A stretch of DNA of 64,000 bases, taken from the NCBI GenBank assembly GCA_002104945.1, contig MCFH01000023.1, forward strand, positions 496,001 to 560,000, in the 5' to 3' direction. The notes beneath the pieces are model-generated. The model worked only from the letters and a program-made list of their open reading frames with translations, was not told the DNA's origin and did not search any database. This stretch comes from Piromyces finnis finn. Lineage: Eukaryota > Fungi > Neocallimastigomycota. The stretch's first letter is position 1, and every line of letters starts with the position of its first letter. This document shows positions 35,492 to 48,799 of this stretch, in pieces. A program made the translations under genes and the position numbers.

Positions 35492-37550
35492 TTAATATTT
35501 TAAAATAGTAGTAATTTCTTCATCAGTGTAACCTAAAAGATATAAAACATTTTCTAAACTTGGTTGATTGATTCTAGTTGGTGCCTATATTATTAAACAT
35601 ATAAATTAAATATATATTTATGATTTTATAAGATAAATTAGTTTAAAATGAATATTCAGTTATGTATATATTTATAAAATTATAATTATATTAATTACTT
35701 GTTCTTGAACTCTTGGCTTAGCATTAAAAGCAACACCTAAACCGGCTTTAGACATCATTAATAAATCATTTGCACCATCACCAACGGCAATTGTTTGTTC
35801 TGGTATTATATGTTCTAATTGAGAAATGGCGCCTAATAATTCTGCTTTTCTTGAACCATCAACAATTGGACCATAGGTTTTTCCTTCTAATTGTTTACCA
35901 TCTTCAGAAATAGCTAAATTATTGGCATAAGCGAAATCTAATCCTAATTCATTCTTAATATAGTTAGCTAATGGAACAAAACCACCAGAGCAGACAGCTA
36001 ACTTATAACCAAGATTCTTTAAAGCTCTGCAGAGATTATGAGCACCTGGAGTAAATGTAATAACCTTTTTAATTTCATCGAAAATATCGGTTGATAAACC
36101 TTTGAGTAATGCAACTCTCTTTGCTAAAGATTCTTGGAAGTTGAGTTCTCCATTCATTGCAGATGCAGTAATTGCCTATTTAGAAATTATATTTTAAACA
36201 AATTAAAATATATCAGTTTGATTATACATTATTAATTTGTAAAATTAATAAGAGTTAATCCGTATTTTTTTTATTTAGTAGTTTACTTACTGATACTTCT
36301 TTAACAACACCGGCATGTCTTGCAATTTCATCAATAACTTCTTGTTGAATTAATGTAGAATCCATATCAAAGACAATTAAACGTTTGTTTTTACGGTAAA
36401 CATCATCAACTTGAAGAGCAATGTCAGTTTTGTAATTTGTAGTTAAATCAAATATTTGCTTTTTAAGATCGTCAATTTCAACTTCAACTGGAATACTTAA
36501 AAATACATCCATACAGCGAACATTTGGTTCAGTTATTCTATTTAAACGTTTAACACTTTTAACAATAATTTTATTGTCTGCAAGAAATTGGAACCAATGA
36601 TTTAAAAATTCCGAATCTAATTTTTCTTTGTTTATTAAAGTTGCAACATAGCTTTTATTTTCTTCGTTTTCTTTGTTGTCTTCTTTAGTTTTTTCTTTTT
36701 CCTTTTCTTCCTTTGTTAATAAAGTTTTACTTCCTAAAGCTTTAACGGAAACTGAAGCACTAGCTTCATTTACAATTTCTTTAATTTTACTGTACATTTC
36801 AATAAATTGGAAGTTTAAGTTAAGAATTAAACTAATACTAACTAAATTTTTACAGGCTTTTGCAATTTGGAAATCAATAACATTTATATTGTATTCTTGA
36901 TATATAGCAAATATTTGCTTTAATAAAGTAGCATAATTATCTGAGGAAGCTACAAGAGCCATTTCATAATTTCTTGATGAATCTTGTTCATCAATGGATT
37001 TGACAGAGCTAGTAGTATTGTTTATTTTTTCCAAAGTTTCAGCATGGAATACATTATATTTACGAACTAAGGAATTTAAAAATGAATCACCAATAGATAA
37101 TCCTGATTCCATATCAAACTTATCTAAAAGGATAGCAAGTTTAAAGAATGTAATGTAAAGAATAGATTGAATATTTTTTAAGCTACCAGCTGCAGTTGCT
37201 CTTTCTTCAGCCTTTATTGAAGAATTGGTTAATTGATTAATTTGTTGAACAAAGAAATCGTTAAATGTTGAAGTACTGTCATTAACAGAATTTATAAATC
37301 CAGTAGTATTGTTTTGAAGTTTAGTAATTCTAGTATTAAATAAATCTACATATGGTGAAGCATTATCTTTTGTATCAACTTTAATACAGTTTGGTTGAAT
37401 TTCATTTTGAATATATTTGGTAAAAACTTCAAAATCAATTAATTGTTCAGACCAAGCTTGTGGTATTTGACGTTTCACTTCGTCTTCTATTACATTAAGG
37501 TTGGTCTTACTGTTGCTGTGAATATTCATAAATGAACATAAGAATTTCAT
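35492..37550 (-). CDS. SER2: Phosphoserine phosphatase (HAD) with two ACT-like domains and an N-terminal extension, 609 aa
   Basis: Exons 37550-36291, 36175-35699, 35584-35492. Motifs RLIVFDMDSTLIQQEVIDE, AMNGELNFQESL, VCSGGF, AVGDGANDL, AFNAKPRVQ. Confidence 0.93.
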
Positions 37551-39457
37551 TTTTAAATTATTTGTTCTATCAAAATTTCAAATGATATAAAAAAATGAAA
37601 ATAAATTTTAGATTTATAATATTATACTTCCTTTTTTTTTTCTTAATATCATATATCATATAATAAAAATATATATTTCATTTATAATTAAATCAAATTT
37701 ATTTATTTATCATATTAATGAAATAAAATAAGATATATATAGATTATTGGATTTAGAAAAATGATAGATTTATATATAGATTATTGAATTGAAAAATTAA
37801 ATTTTTGTATATTTTTAAAAAAAGTATATATATATATATATAAAAGAAATAAAATATGGTTAGAATAATTATATTATTTATATTTTAATGTATTATAGAT
37901 AAAAAAGACATATGTATTAGTATTCAATTTATTTATTATTAAGTTTATCATTTTAAATTGCTATTAATTAAAATTGTTAATCTATTAGTTTTCCGTTATA
38001 ATTATTCGATTTATTGTTATACCTTTTTATTATTATTATTATTTATTATTTTTTTTTACTATTAATACTTATATAAATATTTTATATATATATTATTTTA
38101 TTATTTTATTTTTTAACTTATTACAATAAACTCTTTTAATTATATAAAGGTATATACCAACTTTTTTTTTTTTCTTTATTTTATATTTTTGTAAATCTTT
38201 TTTTTTTTTTTTTTTTTTTAATTTTTTAGTTTTATATTAATTTGATTTTAATATATTATTTAATATATTAAAATACATATATTATATATGGAGAGGTCTA
38301 AAATTTTTAAATGAAATCTCTGAATAAATATTGGATAATTATATATTTTGTTAAAAATAAAATAATAGTAAGGTCAGTTTATTTTATAAACATTTTAATA
38401 TACCATTAATAAATAAATACCTAATACCACTCCTTTAACTTCAAACCTAATAAGTTATAACATATTAAAATGTTTTCAAATTTAACAATATATATTATTT
38501 AATAAGAAATTATTTTTTAGGACTTTCGTGGAAATAACGCTAACTATATTCTCTTCATACCTAAAATAATCAATAGTATTATCTGTAATATTGGTTAATT
38601 ATTTCTGTATCATTATAAAACATACCTTAATTTCTCATATAATTAACCATAATAATTTAATATTTCTTATAATTAGAAACACCCTTTTAATTTATACTAA
38701 AGAGATGATTGGTTAAAAAAAATAAAAATTTTGATCAAAATTTTTAAAAATCAAATATTATATTTAATTTATAATTAATGAATAAAAATATAGGAAAAGA
38801 ATTATTCAAATATAAATAGTATACTAGTATAATAAAATGAATATAATGTCATGTTTTATTAATTATAAGAAATGTAATTATTGCTGTTATTAAACTTATA
38901 TATTCTACACTGTGACTTTAATAATAATTTAAAATTTCAAACGAAAAATTTATTATATATTTTCAAGAAATCAAGTGATATATTCTTATGCTATAATAAA
39001 ATTAAATAAATCTATGTAATATAAAATAAATCTATGTAATTTTAAATAAAGACTGTATTTATCAATTTTTTTAAAAAAAAAAGATATGAAATATTGATAG
39101 TAATTATTTGATTAAAAAAATATATAATTAAATATATTTATATTTATTAAAATTTGAAATATTAAAAAATTGAATAGTTTTTAATTTAAATAGTTTTTTA
39201 AACTAGTTAAAACTACTTGTTAACTTTTTTTTTTTAACATCATATAATTTAAAAAAAGTAGAAATATTTTATGATATGCATAATAAATATTAATATTTTT
39301 ATTTGTACTATTATTATTTTGCTAATTCCCAGTTTGAAATTTATTTTATTTTTTAAAAAAAAAAGCCCAAAAACAAAAACTATATATTAATTATTTTTAA
39401 TTTTTTTTATACTTTCTTTTTCTTTTTCTTTTACATATATGTATATATTCTTAAAAG

Positions 39458-41545
39458 ATGTATTTAACACCAAAGATAAATTTAATTAAAGGACAAAAAC
39501 TACTTCCAACTTCTTTACCTCATTTAATACCTTCTTTTTCAAAAAGTAGTTTATTATCAACTTCCATAAAAAGGATTAATAATGAAAGATTAACTGCTAT
39601 AAATATTAGAAATTTTTATAGTACTTTACCAAATAATAAGTGAGTAAATGTATATATTAAACAGAGATTTTGAATATTTACATAGAATTATTATTAGGTT
39701 TTTTTTTTTTTTTCATACATAACAATATCAAATTTAATAGTAATATTAAAACATTACAAAAATGAAAAAGATATATATAGATTATTGAATTTGGAAAATA
39801 AGTAAAATATCTTTATGAACTGGATATATTGTGCAATATTAATTATATATTGAATCATAATAATAAAAATAAATAAAATGTATAAAGAATTATATTGGTA
39901 AGAATAATGTAAATGTTTATTAAATTTATAATGTTTAATATTTTGATAATAGAAAAAAAAATGTTCCACCTCCAATTTTACCTCGTGAAAATATTGGTAT
40001 TTTTGGATGTATGAATGCTGGTAAATCTACTTTAATGAATCTTTTGACTCAACAAGCTACTTCTATTGTTGATGATAAGCCAGGAACTACAGCTGATGTA
40101 AAAGTTGCTTTAATGGAAATTCATAACATTGGACCATGCAAACTTTTTGACACAGCAGGTTATGATGAAGAAGGAAAACTCGGACAGAAGAAATTACAAA
40201 AAACTCATAATATAGTAAAAGAATCAGATTTGGTTATTGTTGTAATCGATAAACAATCTGGTTCTGATGAAGTTAATGAAAATAAAGTAATAGAATTAGC
40301 AAAAAAGCGTCAAAAAAATATTATAATTATACAGAATGTTAGAGGTTAGCTGCATATAAATATATTATTATTATATATAATTTACATAATTTGTTTTATA
40401 TATTAATTATTATACTCGTTATTTCATTTTAATTTTTAATATATAGATAATAGTCCTGTTGAAGTATCAACTTATAAAGGATTACCATCACTTCAAATAA
40501 ATTTAAATAATAAAAGTAATTATACAAAAGTAATAGAATTTATTCAAACTCATGGTATAAAAAAAAATAAACCTGTAGTACCATTACTTCCACAACATGT
40601 TTTGGGTCCAGACAAGACTGTCTTTTTAAATATACCAATGGATGCTGAAACACCAGGAGGTAGACTTTTACGTCCACAATCAAAGTGCCAAGAATTTTGT
40701 TTAAGCCATTTTACATCAACCTACGCTTATCGTATGGACTTAATTAAAGGTCGTTCTAATGATTCAAATGTTAGTGAAACTGAAAAGAAACGTTTCCAAG
40801 ACGCAATAGAAAGAATTAAACCATCTATTATCATTACTGATTCTCAAGCAATGGATTTAGTTGGTCGTTGGGTTTCTCCTGATAAATTCCCAAATGTTCA
40901 ATTAACAACTTTTTCAATTATGATGATTAATCAAATGACTGATGGTCAACTTCCAAAATTTATTAAAGGTTTAGAAGTTTTAAAATCTTTGAAATCAAAT
41001 GATAAAATACTTATATCTGAAGCTTGTAATCATAATCGTTTAACAGATATATGTGAAGATATAGGTAAAATAATATTTTTTATATATATTTAAATATAAT
41101 AATAATAATTCTATTATTATTTTTTTTTAAGTCACAAATTAATTAATTTATTTTCTATTATTATTTATTATACTTTAACATATTTATAATGAATAGGTAC
41201 AAAACAAATACCCGATAAATTAAAAAGAAAATTAGGTAATTCAATTGTTATAGATCATGCATTTGGTCGTGAATTTCCAAGCAAAGAATTAAAGGAATAT
41301 TCATTAGGTAATTAAATAATATAAATAGAGAATAAAATTAAATTACCAAAAAATATTAATATTATACTCAATATTATTAATTAGTTGTTCATTGTGGTGG
41401 TTGTATGATTGATAAACAAAAAATGTGTGCTCGTTTAGATGACTGTATAGAAAATAATATTCCTATTACTAACTATGGTTTATTATTAACTTATTTGAAT
41501 TCACCAAAGGCTTTGAAAAGAGTTACAAAGCCATTTGTTTGTTAA
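39458..41545 (+). CDS. hydF: [FeFe]-hydrogenase H-cluster maturation GTPase HydF with N-terminal presequence, 487 aa
   Basis: Exons 39458-39639, 39953-40344, 40447-41064, 41197-41307, 41385-41545 splice in frame. Motifs IGIFGCMNAGKSTLMN, PGTTAD, DTAG, PMDAETPGGRLLRPQ, ITDSQA, TTFSI, EACNH...VHCGGCM, ITNYG. Confidence 0.93.
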
Positions 41546-44500
41546 TAAAAATAAAAAAAAAATAAAATAAAAAAGAATAATGGTGATGATGACAGAGAAA
41601 AAATAAACGTTATCATTAAATATAGTAAAGTTATTTAAAAACATAAAATCCAGTCAAGTGCTTTTGATATAAAAGAAATATAATTTATTACAAACAATTA
41701 TATATTATTAGATTAAATAAAATAAAATAAAATATATTGAATGTAATTATAGAACTAAAAAATAATACTTAAGAAATAAAATCAAATAAAAACATATTTT
41801 GATGTATTAATAAATATTACTTTATAAATAAACTTTTTTCTTGTTATATTAATTATATTACTCCTTATTACCACCACCATTTATTTTATTTAATGAATAG
41901 AAAAGAGTTTAATACGCATTATTCACTTCATTTAAAATATAAATTATTAAAACTAAGGTAGGAAACTGTTTTCCTCGTTCAAAATTTAAATATCAATCCT
42001 TCAAAAAAAATTTTTTTCATACTATTTAAATCACAATATGAGTTTCTTGATATGGTGGGGTGGTTTAGAATCAAATATTCTTTTAAGTTTAATGCTGTAA
42101 AAAATAAAAACAATTTTACTATTTAGTAGAGTTTATAAATAAAAAAAATTTAATTAAAATAATAAAAATTTTAATATTTTAAGTTAATCTTAATTTTTAA
42201 AATTATTGGATTAATACCTTTTCATTCTATTAATTAATAAATATTCTTTTATATATATATATATAAAAGTAATTTAACATAATCAAAGTTAAAACAATGT
42301 ATATATATATTTCCTATTGGATTAACCATAGATTATTAGTTCTTTTTCACATCTTTTTAATAGAGAATGAATTAAAAAAAATTATATTTTTGACTTCAAT
42401 GAGACTTCAAATTATGAATATGTATTTAAAACTACCTTTAATTCTGAAAATATAAATATATTATCACTAATATAAAAAGTTCAAGGAATTATTTTATTTA
42501 AATAATCAACCCAGAAGTTAAAAAGTAAAAGCTAGGTAACATTTTAATATATTAAAAATAGAAATAAAATGTCATTATATTAAAATGTAATAAAGTCTTG
42601 ATAATTAATGATTTTATTTTATTATAATCATACATTTCTGGATATAAGCAATAAAAATATTATTAAAAATAATGTTTTTATTGATTATACTTGGTAATTT
42701 ATATAAAAAACACTTTTATTACAATTAACTTCATTTTATAAAAATTAAATTAATGAGGTTAAATTTATTGTAAAATTTATTTTATTTTAATTTAGAAGGT
42801 TTAAATTAGACAGAATTTTGTAAACATTTCAATAAAAAAAAAAAAAGTATCGAGATAATGTGTAAAAAAAAAAATAAAACTAATTTATAATTATTTTTAT
42901 TTATAAATAACAAACATTTTTAATATAAATCTTGTAAATTAAATAATTTAATAGTAAAAAAAAAAGTGGATTTAATTATTATATGAAATATTTTTAATAA
43001 TTTTAAATAATAATTTTAAATTTAATAATTTATATATTAATTAATTTATAAAAATTTTTTTTTTTCTGTTGTCCTATTATTCGCTATCTTCTTAATTTTT
43101 TCTTTTTCAAAATAATTATTAAAGGAGTTAAATATATATAACATAAATAAAACATTATAATAATAGATTTTAAATTATTAATTACCAAAATAATTAAAAC
43201 ATTGTGAGGAAAAACTATTCAATTATATATATAATATATATAATAAAAGATAATTAAAATATAACTGTTTTATTTTTATAGTATTAATAAATTTAAACTT
43301 TTTTTTTTAAAAAAAATAATAATAGATTTTTAAAATAATCATCTATATTATTATTTTATTTAAAATACACTTAACTACTAATTAAAAAAAAAAAATTATT
43401 TATACGAAATAATTATTATATAGAAAACAAAGAGGATATTATAGAATACGAAATAAATTGTGTATCATATAATAATAAACCTTTTTTTTTATTAAATTCT
43501 AGAAAAAAAAATTACTTAAATAATCTAACGAGGGATTTCATAAATCAAAATAAAGATTATAAATACTTTTTTTTTAAAAAAAAATAAATATATGGCAATA
43601 TTAAAGTAATAAAATATATTCATTAAAATAATAAACGTAAAAGTGAAGTAATTAAATACTTTTATTATAAGAATTTATATAATTATTTAGAAACAACAAT
43701 AATAATCAATAATTAAAATTGAATTGAATTAAATATTAGTAAACATTATTAAATTTATAAATTTAAACAAATAAAATAAAAATAATTAGTATAAAAATTG
43801 TTTCAAAAACAAAACAAATAAATCTATTAAATCATTTAAAATAAAATTATTAAAAAAAAAAAAGCAATAATTTCGAAAATTATTATATACCTAAAATTTT
43901 AATCAAAACGTTAGTAATTTTTTTTTTTTAAAAAAAAATAATAAATAAATACTTTGAAAGATCTATATTTTTTTTAAATTCAGAAATTGCCATATAAATA
44001 GTTATATACCTAGAGATTTTATTATATTTATAATATTCTATATTTTTTATCTTATCTTTTCACTTAAAAATAAATAATCATTTATATTAAATTAATAATA
44101 TATATACCATAATTATTGAATAATTTTTCAAAGAACTAATAAATTTTTAAACTTTTGATACCATTTAATTCATAATAAAGAATTATTTTTATGTTATTGA
44201 CAACAATATTTTAAATATATAAATTATATATAATTTATATTTGTTTTAATTATATAGTTTTATTTTATAAATATTTTCATTTAAATATTTTAGAAAATTA
44301 TAGAAATAGAAGATTAAATTTTAAATTATAATAAAAAATTAAAAGATATTTTCTATTAATTTTATTTAAAAATTACTGTAAATAAAAGAATTAAATATGC
44401 AATTATTATAAATTAATGAAAACCAATTTATTTTAATATATATCAATATATATATGAAATAAGTAATTTATATACCTTTATAAGGGATAAAAAATTATTA

Positions 44501-44708
44501 TCAAAAAGTTAGCCATTTATTAAAAATCTGTTTTTATAATATTTACAACTGAAATCCTCGCAAAATTATTTTAAAAATAATATAGCTTTTTTCTATCAAG
44601 TAATTAAAGGTTAATTTCAGTACATTATTATATAAGATACACATTCATTTATACATTCATATATCTATTTAAATTTTCTGTTATTATATATTTGTCATTC
44701 TATAATTA

Positions 44709-47661
44709 ATGGATCAATATTCAAGGGGTTATAACCCAAATTGGTATTCACATAAATATAATCAAGATAACAAAAATGGAAATAATTCAAAAATAAATAA
44801 AAATACATATGATTTAAAACAAAAATCTGATTATAACTATTATAATCGTTCAAGTAATTCAAAATCTGGATATAATGAAAGAAGTTATGATTATAATAAT
44901 GGCAATATAGGACTATCACGAGATTCCAAAGATAGAATAAAGTACTACGAACCAGAAGGTTCTTCAAATCAATGGAACAGTTCTTCCAATTCATCAAGTA
45001 CATCAAATCGTAATTCGTTTTATCGTCCTAATCAACGTTTATCAAGTGGTTTATCTATGAAAAAAATAGAAAGCATTACTTCAGAGCAATCTTTACCTCG
45101 TAGTAACTCAGTACCAAAACTTAATTCTTCAACACTAGGTTATTTTAAGACACCAAACCGTATTGGTAAATATTTTTATTAGTTTAAAAAAAAGTTAGAA
45201 TTTAAATATTAGTGGGCCGTTAATGAATAATATTACATTTTATCACTATTATTAATAATAATTAATGATTATTATTTGTATTTGTATATATTTTAGATAT
45301 AAATTCTCACACAAGAACATATACCTCAGAGAAATATTATGATGAGAAACCGAAAGAAAATTATTTAACAAATAGTAATTCCAAAACTTCCTCAGATAAT
45401 ACAAACAAATTTGATCAAGAATTTGTAAGTTAAATATTAATTTATATATATAAATAAATAATTGAAAATTAATTTTTTTTTAAATAGCCTGCATTAGGTG
45501 CTACAAAAAAAACCGAAACCCCTAAATTTTCAAGACCATACTCACAAAATTATTCAATAACTGGATCTAATTTAAATAACAACTCAGGGTCATCTACTAA
45601 TACATGGTCAAATTCAACTTCTCAAACATCAAACAATGGATATAAGTCATACAATTCAATTGTAAATAATAGATTAAGTAATGGTAATAGTAATTTAAGT
45701 AATGGTAACGCCAGTCGTACTTGGGATAAGAAATCAAATAGTTATGACTCTCCACAATCTCAAAGAACTGATTCTACAGGTAAAATTAAAAAAAATATTT
45801 TTAGTGTATTAAAGAAGTATTTATAATAAAATCAAAACTAATTAAAATATTTATATTTAAAGTATCATCACCATATGATAATTCAAATTCAACATTATCT
45901 TCTATTGTATCTCAATCAATAAAAAATAATGGTTTAGCATCAAATAATTATTCAAGCAATAATTATTCCAATGAGAATTCGTATAATAATCAAAATCAAT
46001 CAGTAGGAACTTCATATAATGGAAGTAATACAAATTCATTGTCGAGCACACCAACACCTATAACGTCAGTATCTGTAAATGGTGGATTCGCTGCTGCTGC
46101 TGCTGTTAGTTCAACTATTAATACTAATGGTAAAATATCTAGTATAAATTTTAAAAAATTATTTCTTTTCATGTTGAATATATATTTAAATTTTTTGTTC
46201 ATTTTAAAATTTATAGTTGAAAGTAGTAATTCAGAACTAATGAAATTAAGACAATTAGTACCCAAAGTTAGCAGTCAATCATCAAGATCAAAAAATAATT
46301 ATTCCCGAGCTAAAGCTAATGTAAGCTATAATAATAGTTTATATACTTTTTAAATATATTTATAGTAATGTTTATATATATAATAATTAACAATTTAGCA
46401 AACAAGACCATTGGCAACGCAAAATAGAAGATCAACAACACCAGTTGGTTTGAAAATAAGTTTATCAAGTGACGTTATCAACAGTATTTCTTCATCAAAA
46501 TTGCATACAAGTGCTCCATCATCTCCCAAATCAAGTAAGCAATATATAAATACATAAGAAAATCAAAATATATAAAATATAATGTTTTTAAATTAATATT
46601 CTATTTAAATATATTAAAAATTTAACTATATTATTACAGCAAATAATTCATCTTCCACTCCAACAATGTCAGCAAAACATAAAAATAAATCAAGTTCAAA
46701 ATTCTTTAAAGAATTAAGAAAATTAGGATTATCAAATAATTCTAAATCAAATCAAGAAGATAAGAATGATAATAATTCAGAGATGTCAGAGAAGTCGACC
46801 ACAGTAACAACAAAGGAATCTAGAAAATATAAAGCAGATAATTCTGAAATAAGTGAAAAAAATACGGCAACAATTACTGATAATGTTTATACATCAAGTG
46901 ATGAAAATGCATTAGAAGAAGAAGAAAAATTAAGAAATAATAACGAAGAAATTATAATAACAGACTTAAAAGATGAAGAAAACGAAATCAATGAAAATTA
47001 TGAAAATGATTTGAGTAGTTTGGATATATCAAGTATTCCAATTCAAGAATCTCACAATAAAATTAAATCAAGTAGAGAAAAATACTTTGCTGTTCCATAT
47101 TCAGCATCACTTGAAAAAGAAGAGCAATTTATGGCAAGTCTTGGTTGGAATAAGCAACAATATGGCTATGAAGATAGTGATGTAGAAGATGGTGAATGGG
47201 AAATAACGGATGAAGAGAAAATAAAATTCTATAATATTTTTAATAATGATTGTAAAAATATATTTAAAACCTTAGAACCAAAAACTAAAAATAATTTAAC
47301 AAGAAAATGTTTAGAATGCTCAACATGTTTTGCCTGTCCATTCCCATGTAGTATATGTGGTAGTATACTTTTAGAATCTGGAGGATTGAATAATAGAATG
47401 ATTCATTTACATAAACATTCTAAAAACAATCCAAGTCTTTTATCTCAAATTTCAACAATAGATGATTCTTTAACAGATAGTGAAAATAATAATTCACTTG
47501 AAGATAAAGATATAATACAATTATCTGATCAAAATTCTTCCAAAGATAATGAAATAAAACAACATCATCATGTATGTCAAATTCATAATGAAAATCATTA
47601 TAAAAATGAACAAAATCAAATGAATACAAAGGATGATGAGGAAATTTTTGAATTAAAATAA
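44709..47661 (+). CDS. Ser/Asn-rich disordered protein, vasculin/GPBP1-like (multi-exon)
   Basis: Spliced QEFPALG motif near 45420-45500 and a C-terminal SASLEKEEQFMASLGW...EITDEEKIKF motif, both resembling vasculin-family hallmarks as recalled. Internal exon boundaries are approximate. Confidence 0.6.
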
Positions 47662-48018
47662 ATCTGAATTTATTTTTTTTTTTTTAATTCTTTAATTTCA
47701 TTGTTTTAGATTTTAATATTTTTCATATACTTTTTTTCTTTTTTATTATTTTATTTTATTTTATTACTTTATATATAAATTATCAATTTAATTTCTATTA
47801 AAAATTTTATTCCTTTTTTTTTTTAAAAAAGTATTTTCTTTCTTACATCAATACGATTTCTATTATAATATTTTATTTTTAGTAAAAATAATTTTTTTTT
47901 TTTTTAAAAAAAAGAGAAATATAATTTGTTAAACAATTTACAATATTTATATACATATAAAATAATAAAAATAAAAAACAAGTAAATAAAAGCAAATAAA
48001 AATAAAAACAAAAAAAAA

Positions 48019-48055
<37 letters not shown>

Positions 48056-48799
48056 AAAAACAAAAAAAAAAAAACATAAAATAAAAGCAAAGCAAAACAA
48101 AAAAGTAAAATAAAACAAAAACAAACTAAATATATATATATATATATAAGTAAAAAAGAAAATGAAAATATTTAGAAGTAAATATAAAAATATTTTTTAA
48201 TGTATATACATTAAAAACTAAAGAAATGATATTTTTTTTTTTTTTTTAAAAAAAAAAAAATTTAGATAAGAATTAAATAAAATGAAATAAAAATTTTATA
48301 TATTGAATGTGCAGTTTAATTGTATTAATATTAGCATTAATATATTAATATTTAATTATTTGTTAATTTAAGTAAAGTTCGTTTTTTAAAGTTATACAAC
48401 CCAATAATCTTTTCTAATTTTTAATAAAATTTTCCATTTATAACTTTAGATAATATTATTTTAATATTTTTTTATATTAAATATTTCCAATTTATATATT
48501 TTTGAGATAAAGTATATAAAAATCTTAATATTTATGTTATTTTTATATTTTATATGAAAAAAAGGTTTAATTTATTATATTTTATTTTTTTTTTTTTATT
48601 TTACACTAATAACTTTCATTAGAAATATCTTCAAATTTGAAATAAATACATATCAAATATATTTATTTATTGTTATATAATTATATTATTAATAATAGTT
48701 ATAATTATTAAAAGTTATTTGACAAAATTGAAGATATAATATTAATTTTCTTTTTTCTTTTTTTTTTAATATAGTAAATGTTAAATATTTTTATTATTT

